Source: an uncultured Alphaproteobacteria bacterium | Lineage (GTDB): Bacteria > Pseudomonadota > Alphaproteobacteria > RF32 > CAG-239 | NCBI GenBank assembly: GCA_944390915.1 | Contig: CALXRS010000007.1 | Coordinates: 2,214-66,213, forward strand | DNA: 64,000 nucleotides | Direction: 5' to 3' | Part shown: piece by piece, positions 9,913-18,491 of the stretch | Layout: each line of letters begins with the position of its first letter | Numbering within the stretch: position 1 is the first letter of the stretch | Program-made: the position numbers and the translations under genes | The notes under the pieces: model-generated | Seen by the model: only the letters and a program-made list of their open reading frames with translations | Told to the model about the DNA's origin: nothing | Database searches by the model: none

Positions 9913-10083
9913 ATGGTTAAAGTCAATCAGATTTCCTGCCCGCGGCACGGTCGTCTTGCGCGCCGGCTGTTGCTGACTCTTGCCGTCGCCGCAATTTGCA
10001 CCGTCTTGTTGCAATGCCTCGAAACAGGTTTTCGACCGGCAGAGAAAAACACGCCGCCCGCAACGGAGGAAACAAGGTTATGA
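9913..10083 (+). CDS. Possible small membrane protein (56 aa), translationally coupled to the next gene
   Basis: Too short for the ORF track. My translation is MVKVNQISCPRHGRLARRLLLTLAVAAICTVLLQCLETGFRPAEKNTPPATEETRL. An AAGGA lies upstream, and the stop TGA overlaps the ATG at 10080 (ATGA). Confidence 0.3.
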   Translation: MVKVNQISCPRHGRLARRLLLTLAVAAICTVLLQCLETGFRPAEKNTPPATEETRL

Positions 10084-10829
10084 CAAACGAATCCGCCCCC
10101 GCGGAAAGGTTCCTTTCCGCAGAGGAAATTTCCTTTTTCTTCCGCCGGCAAAACGAAGACGATGCCGCAGAAAATGACGCCGCAAAAGAAAATACCTCTT
10201 CGGCGGAAACGGCCGCGGCAATCGTGCTGAAAAAAATCCGTCCGTTGTTCCGCCGCGCCGTCGAACTGCATGTTTTGCCCCGACAGCGGCAACAATATCG
10301 GCCGGCGGAAAATGTTTTTTCGTACCGCCGATCCAAAGACGGAAAAGAAATCTTTTGCCGTTTTTCCGAAAGTGCCGCGGCTGCGCTCGTCTGCGCCGCT
10401 TTCGGCGGCAAAAACCCGCAGCATGCCCTGCCCGTGCGGGGAATGGCCGTCTGTTTTTTGCGCCGACTGGCGGATTTGCTTGCCCAGCCGTCGCTTTTGG
10501 GCGAAGCCGAAGCCGTTGTGCTGCGGCTTGACATCGGCGATTGCCGTGCGGAAATTCTGCTGGCCGCAAACGCTTCCGAATCCGCTTCGTCCGAACGACA
10601 GCCCGCCGCCGCGCCCGAGCTCACCGTTCGCACCCGTCCGATTATTTTTGAAGCCGAACAAGTCAGGCAATGGCAGGCGGGGACATTTGTGCCCCTCTCC
10701 GCAACAGACTCGGAAACGGCGGAAATTCTTGTTTCCGGACAACCGTCCCGCCCCGCGATTATCGGCCGAAGAGGAAACAAGGTCGCGCTCAAACTTATTG
10801 AAAGGCAACAAAAAAATGATGCATATTGA
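10080..10829 (+). CDS. Flagellar switch / type III sorting-platform-like protein with a C-terminal SpoA (FliN-type) domain
   Basis: Same frame as track ORF 9996-10829. I prefer the ATG at 10080, preceded by GGAGGA. The C-terminus ..IIFEAEQVRQWQAGTFVPLSATDSETAEILVSGQPSRPAIIGRRGNKVALKLIE fits the FliN/YscQ SpoA pattern. The N-terminal RFLSAEEISFFF resembles the FliM/FliY LSQxEIDxLL peptide. Confidence 0.55.
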   Translation: MTNESAPAERFLSAEEISFFFRRQNEDDAAENDAAKENTSSAETAAAIVLKKIRPLFRRAVELHVLPRQRQQYRPAENVFSYRRSKDGKEIFCRFSESAAAALVCAAFGGKNPQHALPVRGMAVCFLRRLADLLAQPSLLGEAEAVVLRLDIGDCRAEILLAANASESASSERQPAAAPELTVRTRPIIFEAEQVRQWQAGTFVPLSATDSETAEILVSGQPSRPAIIGRRGNKVALKLIERQQKNDAY

Positions 10830-11193
10830 ATTTTGGCTGAATATCGTTACCATTATCTTGCTCGTTCCCGCCATATTTTATATGGCCAGATTCTGCCGCG
10901 GACTCGAAAAAATGCGGCAAAACCGGGAAACCTTGCTTGAACTGGCACAAACTCTTCGCCAAATGGCGCAAAAATACGAAAATAAAACTTCTCCCAAAAC
11001 CGCCGCGCAAATCGTCGAAACGGAAGGCGGCGCGCCGACCGAAGAACCGTTGCGCCGGCAGCCCCAAAAAGAGATTTCTCCGCTTCGGGAACCGCATTTC
11101 GAAACCCGCGGCGCTGTCGACAAAACCGAAGAAAACCAATATTCTTCGGAAGCGGAAAAGGAACTTTTGCAGGCTCTGCGCTCCATCAAATAA
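10816..11193 (+). CDS. Small TM + coiled-coil protein, DUF6468-like (flagellar-cluster associated in Alphaproteobacteria)
   Basis: This is the C-terminal part of track ORF 10270-11193. MMHIEFWLNIVTIILLVPAIFYMARFCRGLEKMRQNRETLLELAQTL... ends with ..SEAEKELLQALRSIK. It overlaps the previous gene by 14 nt. Confidence 0.45.
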   Translation: MMHIEFWLNIVTIILLVPAIFYMARFCRGLEKMRQNRETLLELAQTLRQMAQKYENKTSPKTAAQIVETEGGAPTEEPLRRQPQKEISPLREPHFETRGAVDKTEENQYSSEAEKELLQALRSIK

Positions 11194-11204
11194 GGGATCG
11201 GGAA

Positions 11205-11678
11205 ATGAAAAAAACATTGTTTTTTGCTTTTCTTCTCATAGTTTTGACATCGCTGCTCGGCGTGAAAATTTTTCGCCTCGGCCATATTTTTCTACCGCCG
11301 CATCACGTCTTCCGGAGCGCCGAAAACACCGCCGAAAACCGTCGGAACGACGATCGCCGGATGAATTTGCTGAAAGCGGAACACCGACAGGCCGTCGATC
11401 GGGCTATCCGTCGCCGGCTTGACGCCGACGCCGCCCTTGCCGCGGACGGCAACGGCTTTTCGACCGGCAGGCTGAGCGACATCTATGCCCGTATGGCGCC
11501 CGAAGACGCCGCCCGCCTCATCGAAACTCTGGATACGACCGACGCCGTCCGCCTCATCGAAAGCATGCGCACAAACGACGCTGCGGCAATCCTTACCCGC
11601 CTGAAACCGGAGAAGGCAAGAGAAATCACCGAAAGAATGCTGGGCGCAACCCTGCCGCCCGAAAAAGAATATAAATAA
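11205..11678 (+). CDS. MotE-like protein (MgtE-N-type repeat, flagellar motor chaperone family)
   Basis: Signal/anchor [20 protein letters not shown], then ..[50 protein letters not shown], the COG3334/MotE signature. Confidence 0.6.
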   Translation: MKKTLFFAFLLIVLTSLLGVKIFRLGHIFLPPHHVFRSAENTAENRRNDDRRMNLLKAEHRQAVDRAIRRRLDADAALAADGNGFSTGRLSDIYARMAPEDAARLIETLDTTDAVRLIESMRTNDAAAILTRLKPEKAREITERMLGATLPPEKEYK

Positions 11679-11689
11679 GGCTCGGTCGG

Positions 11690-13696
11690 ATGGATGAAAA
11701 ATTTGCTCTGGAAAGCCCCTTTGAACCGGCCGGCGACCAACCGGAAGCCATCCGCGAACTGTGCGCCGGCATCAATCGCGGCGAAAAAAATCAGGTTTTG
11801 CTCGGCGTCACCGGCTCCGGCAAAACTTTTACCATGGCCAAAATCATTGAACAATGCCGGCGCCCGGCGCTGATTATGGCGCCGAACAAAATTCTCGCCG
11901 CCCAGCTCTACAGCGAGATGAAAGAATTTTTTCCGCACAACCATGTGGAATATTTTGTTTCCTACTACGACTACTATCAGCCGGAAGCCTATATTCCGAA
12001 AACCGATACCTATATCGAAAAAGACTCCGCCATCAACGAACAGATAGACCGCATGCGCAACTCGGCCACCCGCAGCATTCTTGAGAGTCGCGATGTTATC
12101 ATCGTGGCTTCCGTTTCCTGCATATACGGTTTGGGCGACGTAGCCTCCTATTCGGCCATGACGCTCGAACTCAAAACCGGCGACACAATCGACCCGACGG
12201 AAATCTACCGCCGGCTGGCCGAACTGCAATATGAGCGCAACCAGCTGAACTTTATCCGCTGCACTTTCCGTGTACAGGGCGACATTCTCGATATTTTCCC
12301 CGCCCACCTGGAAGACCGCGCCTGGCGTATTTCCTTTTTCGGCGACGAAATCGAAAGCATCTGCGAAATCGATGCCCTGACCGGCAAAAAAACCGCCGCC
12401 CTCGACCGTGTCGTCGTCTACCCGGCCAGCCACTATGTTACTCCGCGACCGACTTTGTCGCAGGCCATCGCCCGCATCAGGGAAGATTTGCAGCCCCGGC
12501 TGGCATGGTTCCGCGAAAACAACAAACTGCTCGAAGCCCAGCGGCTGGAGCAGCGCACCCGTTTTGATCTCGAAATGCTGGAAACCACCGGCCATTGCAA
12601 GGGCATTGAAAACTATTCCCGCTACCTGACCGGTCGCGCCCCCGGCGAACCGCCGCCGACATTGTTTGAATATCTGCCGGCAGACGCCCTGCTGTTCATC
12701 GACGAAAGCCACATTTCCGTACCGCAGATCGGGGGCATGTACCGCGGCGACCGCAACCGCAAAGGCACTCTTGCGGAATATGGTTTCCGCCTGCCGTCGT
12801 GTCTTGACAACCGCCCCTTAAAGCTGGAAGAATGGGACAAAATGCGGCCGCAGACTATTTTTGTTTCCGCCACGCCGGGCGATTGGGAACTGGAACAAAG
12901 CAAAGGCGTGTTTGTTGAGCAGATTATCCGCCCGACCGGATTGGCCGACCCCGTCTGCCTGATTAGGCCGGTTGAAAACCAGATCGACGACCTGATGGAA
13001 GAATGCCGCAAAACCGCAGCCAAAGGCGAACGCGTGCTGGTGACCACCCTCACCAAGAAAATGGCGGAAGACCTCACCGAATACTTAAACGAAAACGGCG
13101 TCAAAGTCCGCTACATGCACTCCGACATTCAGACTTTGGAACGTATAGAAATTATCCGTGACCTGCGGATGGGGCTCTTTGACGTTTTGGTCGGCATCAA
13201 CCTTCTGCGCGAAGGTCTGGATATTCCGGAATGCTCGCTCGTGGCCATTCTCGACGCCGACAAGGAAGGTTTTTTGCGTTCGACCCGCTCGCTGATTCAG
13301 ACCATCGGCCGCGCTGCCCGCAACGCCGACAGCCGCGTTATTCTTTACGCCGACAAAATGACCGGTTCGATTAAGGAAGCCGTCGGCGAAACCGAACGCC
13401 GCCGCGCCAAACAGCTGCAATACAACCTCGAGCACGGCATCACCCCGCAGACGGTTAAAAAACGTATTTCCTCCACTTTGAGCGAAATGACCGCCATGGA
13501 CTACATCGACGACAAGGCGGGTGCCGCAGGCGATGCGCAGGATATCGAAAAACAGATTAAAGAGCTGACCAAACTGATGAAAGAGGCGGCGCAAAATCTG
13601 GAATTTGAACAGGCCGTCGTTTACCGCGACAAAATCAAAGCGCTGGAACTGCTGGCCATGCGCACCTATGACAACAGCATCTATGTCAACGGCTGA
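11690..13696 (+). CDS. uvrB: Excinuclease ABC subunit B
   Basis: 668 aa. Walker [13 protein letters not shown], the beta-hairpin region [10 protein letters not shown], helicase motifs, and the C-terminal UVR domain ..[17 protein letters not shown]. Confidence 0.98.
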   Translation: MDEKFALESPFEPAGDQPEAIRELCAGINRGEKNQVLLGVTGSGKTFTMAKIIEQCRRPALIMAPNKILAAQLYSEMKEFFPHNHVEYFVSYYDYYQPEAYIPKTDTYIEKDSAINEQIDRMRNSATRSILESRDVIIVASVSCIYGLGDVASYSAMTLELKTGDTIDPTEIYRRLAELQYERNQLNFIRCTFRVQGDILDIFPAHLEDRAWRISFFGDEIESICEIDALTGKKTAALDRVVVYPASHYVTPRPTLSQAIARIREDLQPRLAWFRENNKLLEAQRLEQRTRFDLEMLETTGHCKGIENYSRYLTGRAPGEPPPTLFEYLPADALLFIDESHISVPQIGGMYRGDRNRKGTLAEYGFRLPSCLDNRPLKLEEWDKMRPQTIFVSATPGDWELEQSKGVFVEQIIRPTGLADPVCLIRPVENQIDDLMEECRKTAAKGERVLVTTLTKKMAEDLTEYLNENGVKVRYMHSDIQTLERIEIIRDLRMGLFDVLVGINLLREGLDIPECSLVAILDADKEGFLRSTRSLIQTIGRAARNADSRVILYADKMTGSIKEAVGETERRRAKQLQYNLEHGITPQTVKKRISSTLSEMTAMDYIDDKAGAAGDAQDIEKQIKELTKLMKEAAQNLEFEQAVVYRDKIKALELLAMRTYDNSIYVNG

Positions 13697-13723
13697 TTTT
13701 CATCGCCACTTTTAAGGCCGGCC

Positions 13724-14164
13724 TTATTTCTTCGACCATAGATTTTGTTTCAGAAACTCCGCCGCCGCGGCCGGAACGGCCATCGACGGCAACCGGATTG
13801 TCCGTTTTTGCCCCGTTATTTGCAGACAATAGCAGCCAAACAGCCTGTCCAAAGGATTCGCTGACAAAGAAACAGTCGTTTCTCCCGCGGGAAATTCAAC
13901 CGCTTTGCCGGACAAGCCGCGAAAGACCAACAACCGGCGATCCGTAAGCACGACCTGACGGCGATAAATGACCACTCCGGCCGAAAGCGCCAACAGCAGC
14001 AGACACAAAAAAACATCAATCCAGGATAAAAAGTTTTTAGGACCTGCCAAAAACAGGGGAAACAGCGGCACAAACAACAAGCAGACATAGTTCAGCCAAT
14101 GGCTTCTAATCCGAACCCGGACGGCCTCACCGGAATCCAGATATTTTTGAACATTATCAATCAT
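13724..14164 (-). CDS. Membrane protein with bacterial PH (bPH_2/YdbS-like) domain
   Basis: YLDSGEAVRVRIRSHWLNY, then two TM helices, then ..VLTDRRLLVF.. This is the typical layout of the family. Confidence 0.5.
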   Translation of the reverse strand: MIDNVQKYLDSGEAVRVRIRSHWLNYVCLLFVPLFPLFLAGPKNFLSWIDVFLCLLLLALSAGVVIYRRQVVLTDRRLLVFRGLSGKAVEFPAGETTVSLSANPLDRLFGCYCLQITGQKRTIRLPSMAVPAAAAEFLKQNLWSKK

Positions 14165-14180
14165 TTGGTACCCATTTGCA

Positions 14181-14669
14181 TCAGGAAAATTTTGCCATCA
14201 CCCGGGCTTTTTCCCGATTCCAGTCACGGTTTTTGATTGTTTCCCGCTTGTCATAATTCTTTTTGCCGGTACCCAGCCCGACCTCCAGCTTGGCACGTCC
14301 TTTTTCGTTAAAAAACAGACGGATGGCCACCAGCGTCGCCCCTTTTTTGGCCAGAGCGGAAACAATGTCGCGAATTTCCTTTTTCTTCAACAGCAGCTTG
14401 CGGTCACGCTTTTCGACATGGCTCTCGTAACCTTTGTTGGCATATTCGGCAATAAACATGTTGGAAATATAAAGTTCACCGTTCTTTTCCACCCCGAAAG
14501 CATCATTGATATTGGCGTGCCCGAGCCTGAGCGATTTGACTTCCGTTCCCGTCAGCTCCAGTCCGGCGACAAATTTCTCGTTAATGAAATAATCAAAATT
14601 TGCCCGCCGGTTCTGCGCCACCAGACCGGTTGCAATAAAATCCGCTTTTCTGGTTTTGCCGGCAGCCAT
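14181..14669 (-). CDS. smpB: SsrA-binding protein SmpB
   Basis: ..IAQNRRANFDYFINEKFVAGLELTGTEVKSLR...LLLKKKEI.. is the canonical SmpB sequence. The start ATG overlaps the bactofilin stop (TAATG). Confidence 0.95.
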   Translation of the reverse strand: MAAGKTRKADFIATGLVAQNRRANFDYFINEKFVAGLELTGTEVKSLRLGHANINDAFGVEKNGELYISNMFIAEYANKGYESHVEKRDRKLLLKKKEIRDIVSALAKKGATLVAIRLFFNEKGRAKLEVGLGTGKKNYDKRETIKNRDWNREKARVMAKFS

Positions 14670-15166
14670 TATTGTTTAACCGCCCGCACTCTGGCCACCA
14701 CTTTCGGCGCGGTCACGACGGAAGCGGCCGCGGCGGCCGGCGCCGCGGAGGAGGGAGCGGCAGCCGTTTTCGGCTGAGCGTTGCGAATGCAGTGACCGTC
14801 GATATAAGCGCCCGGCTCAATGGCTATGGTGTTGTGGGTGGCATCGCCGATAAGTTTGGCCGTTTTGGCAATAAACAGACTGTCGGCAACAGCCTTGCCC
14901 TGCAACGTGCCGTAAAGATACATGCTTTGCGCCTTAACCGTGCCGAGGATATTTCCTTTCATGCCGATAACCAGCTCTTCGCAGTTGATATCGCCTTCAA
15001 TGTAGCCGTCCACATGCAAAATGCCGTTGCTGTTGATATCGCCGCTTACCTTGGTGTTTTCACCGATAATGGTCGGCACCTGGCGATCGCTGTTGCTGCG
15101 GCCGAAAGTGCGCGCCATTTTAAGATAAATCATTTTTTTCAGCTTTTTCATAGAATTATTCCTCAC
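14669..15166 (-). CDS. Bactofilin (polymer-forming cytoskeletal protein, DUF583)
   Basis: ..TIIGENTKVSGDINSNGILHVDGYIEGDINCEELVIGMKGNILGTVKAQSMYLYGTLQGK.. is the beta-helical bactofilin repeat, followed by an Ala/Pro-rich tail. Confidence 0.85.
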   Translation of the reverse strand: MRNNSMKKLKKMIYLKMARTFGRSNSDRQVPTIIGENTKVSGDINSNGILHVDGYIEGDINCEELVIGMKGNILGTVKAQSMYLYGTLQGKAVADSLFIAKTAKLIGDATHNTIAIEPGAYIDGHCIRNAQPKTAAAPSSAAPAAAAASVVTAPKVVARVRAVKQ

Positions 15167-15177
15167 GCATTATAAAA

Positions 15178-16404
15178 TCAGGATAATTTAACTTTCATAA
15201 AAGGCATGGGGTCGATGTCGTGCCCTTTGTAAAGAATCTCATAATGCAGGTGCGGCCCCGTCGAGCGCCCGGTTGAACCGACTTCGCCCAACACGTCGCC
15301 GACATTCACCCGCTGGCCTTTTTTCACATAGATTTTGTGCATATGCCCGTATTTGGTTTTAAAGCCGTTGCCGTGGTCCACCTCCACCATTTTGCCATAG
15401 CCGCCGTTGGTTCCCGCCCGGGTAACCTTGCCTTCGGCCATCACTTTTATTTTGTTGCCGGTTCTCGCGGCCATATCCACCCCTTTGTGGTAGGCTTTCG
15501 ATTTTTTGAAAGGATCCGTCCGCCGGCCGTAGGCGGAAGACACCCAAAAGCTCCATACCGGTTTGCCGAGCGGCACGGACTTCAACACTTCGCGGTAATA
15601 TTCCACATCGTCCGTATTCTTAAAAATCGCGCTCACTTTGTCGTTTACTTCCTTGTCCTGCAAAAAGGAATTGTCGGCGGGAATATACGGTCCGCCGGTG
15701 CCGGTCTGCCGTTTGTCATTTGCCAAAGGGTTAAAATAGAGGCCTTTTTTCTTAAGCGGCACATTGATATCCGCCACCGCGCTTTTTATCTTGGCGGCTT
15801 CCTTTTCGGCAATTTTGCCCACCCGTTCCAGAATTTCCGCTTCCGCCTCGCGGATATCTTCCACCGTTTCCTGCAGCTCAAGCAGTTGTTCTTTCAGCAT
15901 GTCCCGCTCGGAAATGGCAATGTCGCGCTGCAGCGAAAGTTCGTTTAAGTTGGCTTTTTCGGTAAGTTTTTCGGTATTAATCCACTGCACTTGGGTGGTA
16001 ATCTGCTTAATTTTGTCTTCGACCAACGTTGCCTGTTTCAGATATTGCCCGAGGTTTAATTCCGAAGTTTTGGCGCTGTCGAGCGTTTTTATCATGTCGG
16101 CGATATTTTTTTGCAGACTGACAAAATCGCCCATCAGTTCGACATAGGCGTCGCGGGTAGCCACCAGTTCGTTTTCTTTTTTTACGATTATCATATCCGA
16201 ACGGTGGTACATGTGATAGTAATAAAAGCTCCACACGGCGACAAATGCTGCCAGCATCAGCAAAAACACCTGCATTTTGGAAGAAATGGTAAACACCTTT
16301 GCCCGGCCGTTGCTGCGAAAAATAACTTCCTTAGGAGAAAAAAAGGGCTTTTTGGAAGCATATTGCATCGGTTCCGAAACTATTTTTGCCGTTGTTTTTT
16401 TCAT
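15178..16404 (-). CDS. M23/LytM-family peptidoglycan endopeptidase with N-terminal TM segment and coiled coil
   Basis: C-terminal ..YHKGVDMAARTGNKIKVMAEGKV..GGYGKMVEVDHGNGFKTKYGHM...GSTGRSTGPHLHYEI.. The HxxxD and HxH metal ligands are intact. Confidence 0.9.
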   Translation of the reverse strand: MKKTTAKIVSEPMQYASKKPFFSPKEVIFRSNGRAKVFTISSKMQVFLLMLAAFVAVWSFYYYHMYHRSDMIIVKKENELVATRDAYVELMGDFVSLQKNIADMIKTLDSAKTSELNLGQYLKQATLVEDKIKQITTQVQWINTEKLTEKANLNELSLQRDIAISERDMLKEQLLELQETVEDIREAEAEILERVGKIAEKEAAKIKSAVADINVPLKKKGLYFNPLANDKRQTGTGGPYIPADNSFLQDKEVNDKVSAIFKNTDDVEYYREVLKSVPLGKPVWSFWVSSAYGRRTDPFKKSKAYHKGVDMAARTGNKIKVMAEGKVTRAGTNGGYGKMVEVDHGNGFKTKYGHMHKIYVKKGQRVNVGDVLGEVGSTGRSTGPHLHYEILYKGHDIDPMPFMKVKLS

Positions 16405-16537
16405 AAAAAATCCATCACTAAAGGCTCGGAAAAAAAAATTCCGTTAATTAAAAGTTAACTATATATAGCAAAAAAAAATATAAAAATACAGATTTTTTTA
16501 AACACCTTGTTTTCAACCCGCCGAGCGGACAAAAAAA

Positions 16538-16870
16538 CTATTGTTCGTCCAAAATAACAAACTCGTCTTCGTCTACGAAATTGAGCACCGCCCGCGCCCT
16601 TTCGTCCAACAAATCCAAATCGAGGCTGTCCGGCGACAAAAGCCGGACTTCCTCGTTTAGGCGTTCTTTTTTAAGCTCATATTGTCTGGCCAACGTTCGG
16701 GCATATTCCACTTCCCGTCGCAGATAAAGATATTTGCGCACGCCGCGTTCGCCGTACAGGGCATAAAAGCCGAAATAGCATATGACCAGCATCAGCAAGA
16801 TATACACCCCCGAGCTTTTCAGCCTGTTTTTCAGATCAAACCAAAATCCCATTTCAAGACTCTGCATCAA
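16538..16870 (-). CDS. ftsB: Septum formation initiator (FtsB/DivIC family)
   Basis: 110 aa: one TM segment (VYILLMLVICYFGFYALYG), a short coiled coil, and ..FVDEDEFVI. Confidence 0.75.
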   Translation of the reverse strand: MMQSLEMGFWFDLKNRLKSSGVYILLMLVICYFGFYALYGERGVRKYLYLRREVEYARTLARQYELKKERLNEEVRLLSPDSLDLDLLDERARAVLNFVDEDEFVILDEQ

Positions 16871-16929
16871 TAACCGTAGAGTCGGATTTTAGACAAATTA
16901 TCTTAAAATTTGGTTACGCCGGACACGGA

Positions 16930-17337
16930 TTAATATGCCACGCAGTCGTTGCCTTTCCACCTCCAGGCACGGACAATGCCGTCTTCGACCAAAAACGAAG
17001 TCTGGCACACATATTCAACCGTATAACCGAAGCTTTCGGCCAGCGGCGAAAAGTCGTAATCGCCCGTAAACGGGGAATAAACAATTTCTTCGCCCGGCAC
17101 CAATACGTTGTCGTAAAGATAGTATTCCGACGGCACATAAGCGCTGTCCGCCTTGGTATAGGTAATAATCATACTGTTGTTGTCGATAATTTTTGCCGCC
17201 GACGGTTGGCCGAATTTTTCTTCCACTTTGTTCACCGGCTGATTGACAAAACCGTCAAGCTCACGATTATATTTTTGTTCGCTGGCGCAGCCGCACAAAA
17301 GAGCCGCCCCGCAAAGTCCCCAAAGCAAATTTTTCAT
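16930..17337 (-). CDS. Lipoprotein, unknown function
   Basis: I prefer the ATG at 17337 (GGGAGAAAAAGG RBS), which gives MKNLLWGLCGAALLCGC/ASEQ with a lipobox. The track ORF extends to 17388. Confidence 0.6.
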   Translation of the reverse strand: MKNLLWGLCGAALLCGCASEQKYNRELDGFVNQPVNKVEEKFGQPSAAKIIDNNSMIITYTKADSAYVPSEYYLYDNVLVPGEEIVYSPFTGDYDFSPLAESFGYTVEYVCQTSFLVEDGIVRAWRWKGNDCVAY

Positions 17338-17397
17338 CCTTTTTCTCCCAAAAGCAGATTGTTTTTCTCTGCTTAGATAATCAGACATTTTACTTTT

Positions 17398-17952
17398 TCA
17401 AGAGACCTCCCGGGATTGCGTCGCTCTTTGCGGCAACAGGCAAAATGCCGACCGGCGGCTGATTTCTTGTTTTTTTGCCGCGGCGCGGGCACGCAAAATT
17501 CCCTCTTTGTCAACCGGCGGAAACAGAGGAACCTTCAGCCGCAAAACCGTTCCGACGGGCAATTGATCCAGATTTTTCAGCTGCGGGGCAAAAATCTGTT
17601 TGTTGATGCGCACATGCGTCGTTTTGTGCAAAACGGTCAGGTTGGAAAAGGCGTTCACCTTCTCCGCATCCATTCCGGCAACGGGAACAATATGATGAAC
17701 GTCCAGATCCTGCGGCAAATGCCCTTCTTTGGCCTGCGCGATTTCTTCTTCCGACAGAACCCCGTCCAGCTGGTGCGTATAGGCCAGAAACTTAATAAAC
17801 ATTCTTTTGACCTGACGTTCGAAAAAACGGCGATTGTGTTTTTTTGTTTCGGGAGAGACCTTAACAAACAAAACTTCCTTAAATTCCATTGCCCGCATCC
17901 GCTGTTGTTGTCTTACGCCGCAAGCATACTCTGCGTTTGCCGGCGCGTCCAC
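17398..17952 (-). CDS. Small HNH-motif nuclease-like protein (start codon uncertain)
   Basis: ..LPQDLDVHHIVPVAGMDAEKVNAFSNLTVLHKTTHVRINKQ.. matches the HH...N...H pattern. The track start is a GTG; internal ATGs at 17898 and 17889 are alternatives. Confidence 0.5.
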   Translation of the reverse strand: MDAPANAEYACGVRQQQRMRAMEFKEVLFVKVSPETKKHNRRFFERQVKRMFIKFLAYTHQLDGVLSEEEIAQAKEGHLPQDLDVHHIVPVAGMDAEKVNAFSNLTVLHKTTHVRINKQIFAPQLKNLDQLPVGTVLRLKVPLFPPVDKEGILRARAAAKKQEISRRSAFCLLPQRATQSREVS

Positions 17953-17959
17953 CGCTTTG

Positions 17960-18430
17960 TTACTTTATTGACAGTTTTTGTCTTTTGCCGCGAAAAAAAT
18001 TTTTAAGCAGCGCCGACGCGTCTTCGGCCAACAGACCGCCTTCCGCCTCCGGTCGGTGGTGACAGGTGGGAGCGTCAAAAAAACGAACGCCGTTTACCAC
18101 CGCGCCGCCTTTTTTGTCTTCGGCGGCAAAAACAACTTTTCTTATCCGCATAAAAGAGGCCGCCGCCGCGCACATGGTGCAGGGTTCAAGAGTTACATAC
18201 AGGTCAAGCCCCCACAACCGGTTTTGTTTCAGTTTGCGGCAGGCCCTGCGCATGGCTTCCATCTCCGCATGGGCGGCGGCGTCCTGCCCGTGCTCCCCGA
18301 GATTGTGGGCTTTGGCGACAATCCGCCCGTCCGCGGGGTCAACCACCACCGCCCCCACCGGCACTTCGTCGGCGGCAAAGGCTTTTTCGGCCTCCTTCAG
18401 GGCCGCCCGCATATAATCTTCAGGATTCAT
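17960..18430 (-). CDS. tadA: tRNA-specific adenosine deaminase TadA
   Basis: From the ATG at 18430: MNPEDYMRAALKEAEKAFAADEVPVGAVVV..HAEMEAM..TLEPCTMCAAA.. (HAE and PCxxC zinc motifs). The 82-aa N-terminal extension in the track ORF is low-complexity and was rejected. Confidence 0.9.
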   Translation of the reverse strand: MNPEDYMRAALKEAEKAFAADEVPVGAVVVDPADGRIVAKAHNLGEHGQDAAAHAEMEAMRRACRKLKQNRLWGLDLYVTLEPCTMCAAAASFMRIRKVVFAAEDKKGGAVVNGVRFFDAPTCHHRPEAEGGLLAEDASALLKNFFRGKRQKLSIK

Positions 18431-18491
18431 CTTTATTTTTCTTTCTTTTTCGATTATGATGAGCCAAAATTTTATCAGGAAAGCATTAACA

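Noticed and set aside
9923-11285. Long overlapping ORFs on both strands and in several frames: 9923-10792, 9927-10874, 10078-10569, 10795-11217 and 10878-11285 (minus strand), plus 10270-10815 and 10937-11422 (plus strand).
   Set aside because: Their translations are Arg/Ala/Gly/Pro-rich low-complexity, typical of off-frame reading of GC-rich coding DNA. The plus-strand frame I chose yields recognisable SpoA, TM/coiled-coil and MotE-like sequences with RBSs and coupled junctions.
11483-12712. 409-aa ORF antisense to uvrB.
   Set aside because: It is a shadow ORF opposite an unambiguous, highly conserved gene, and its translation has no motifs.
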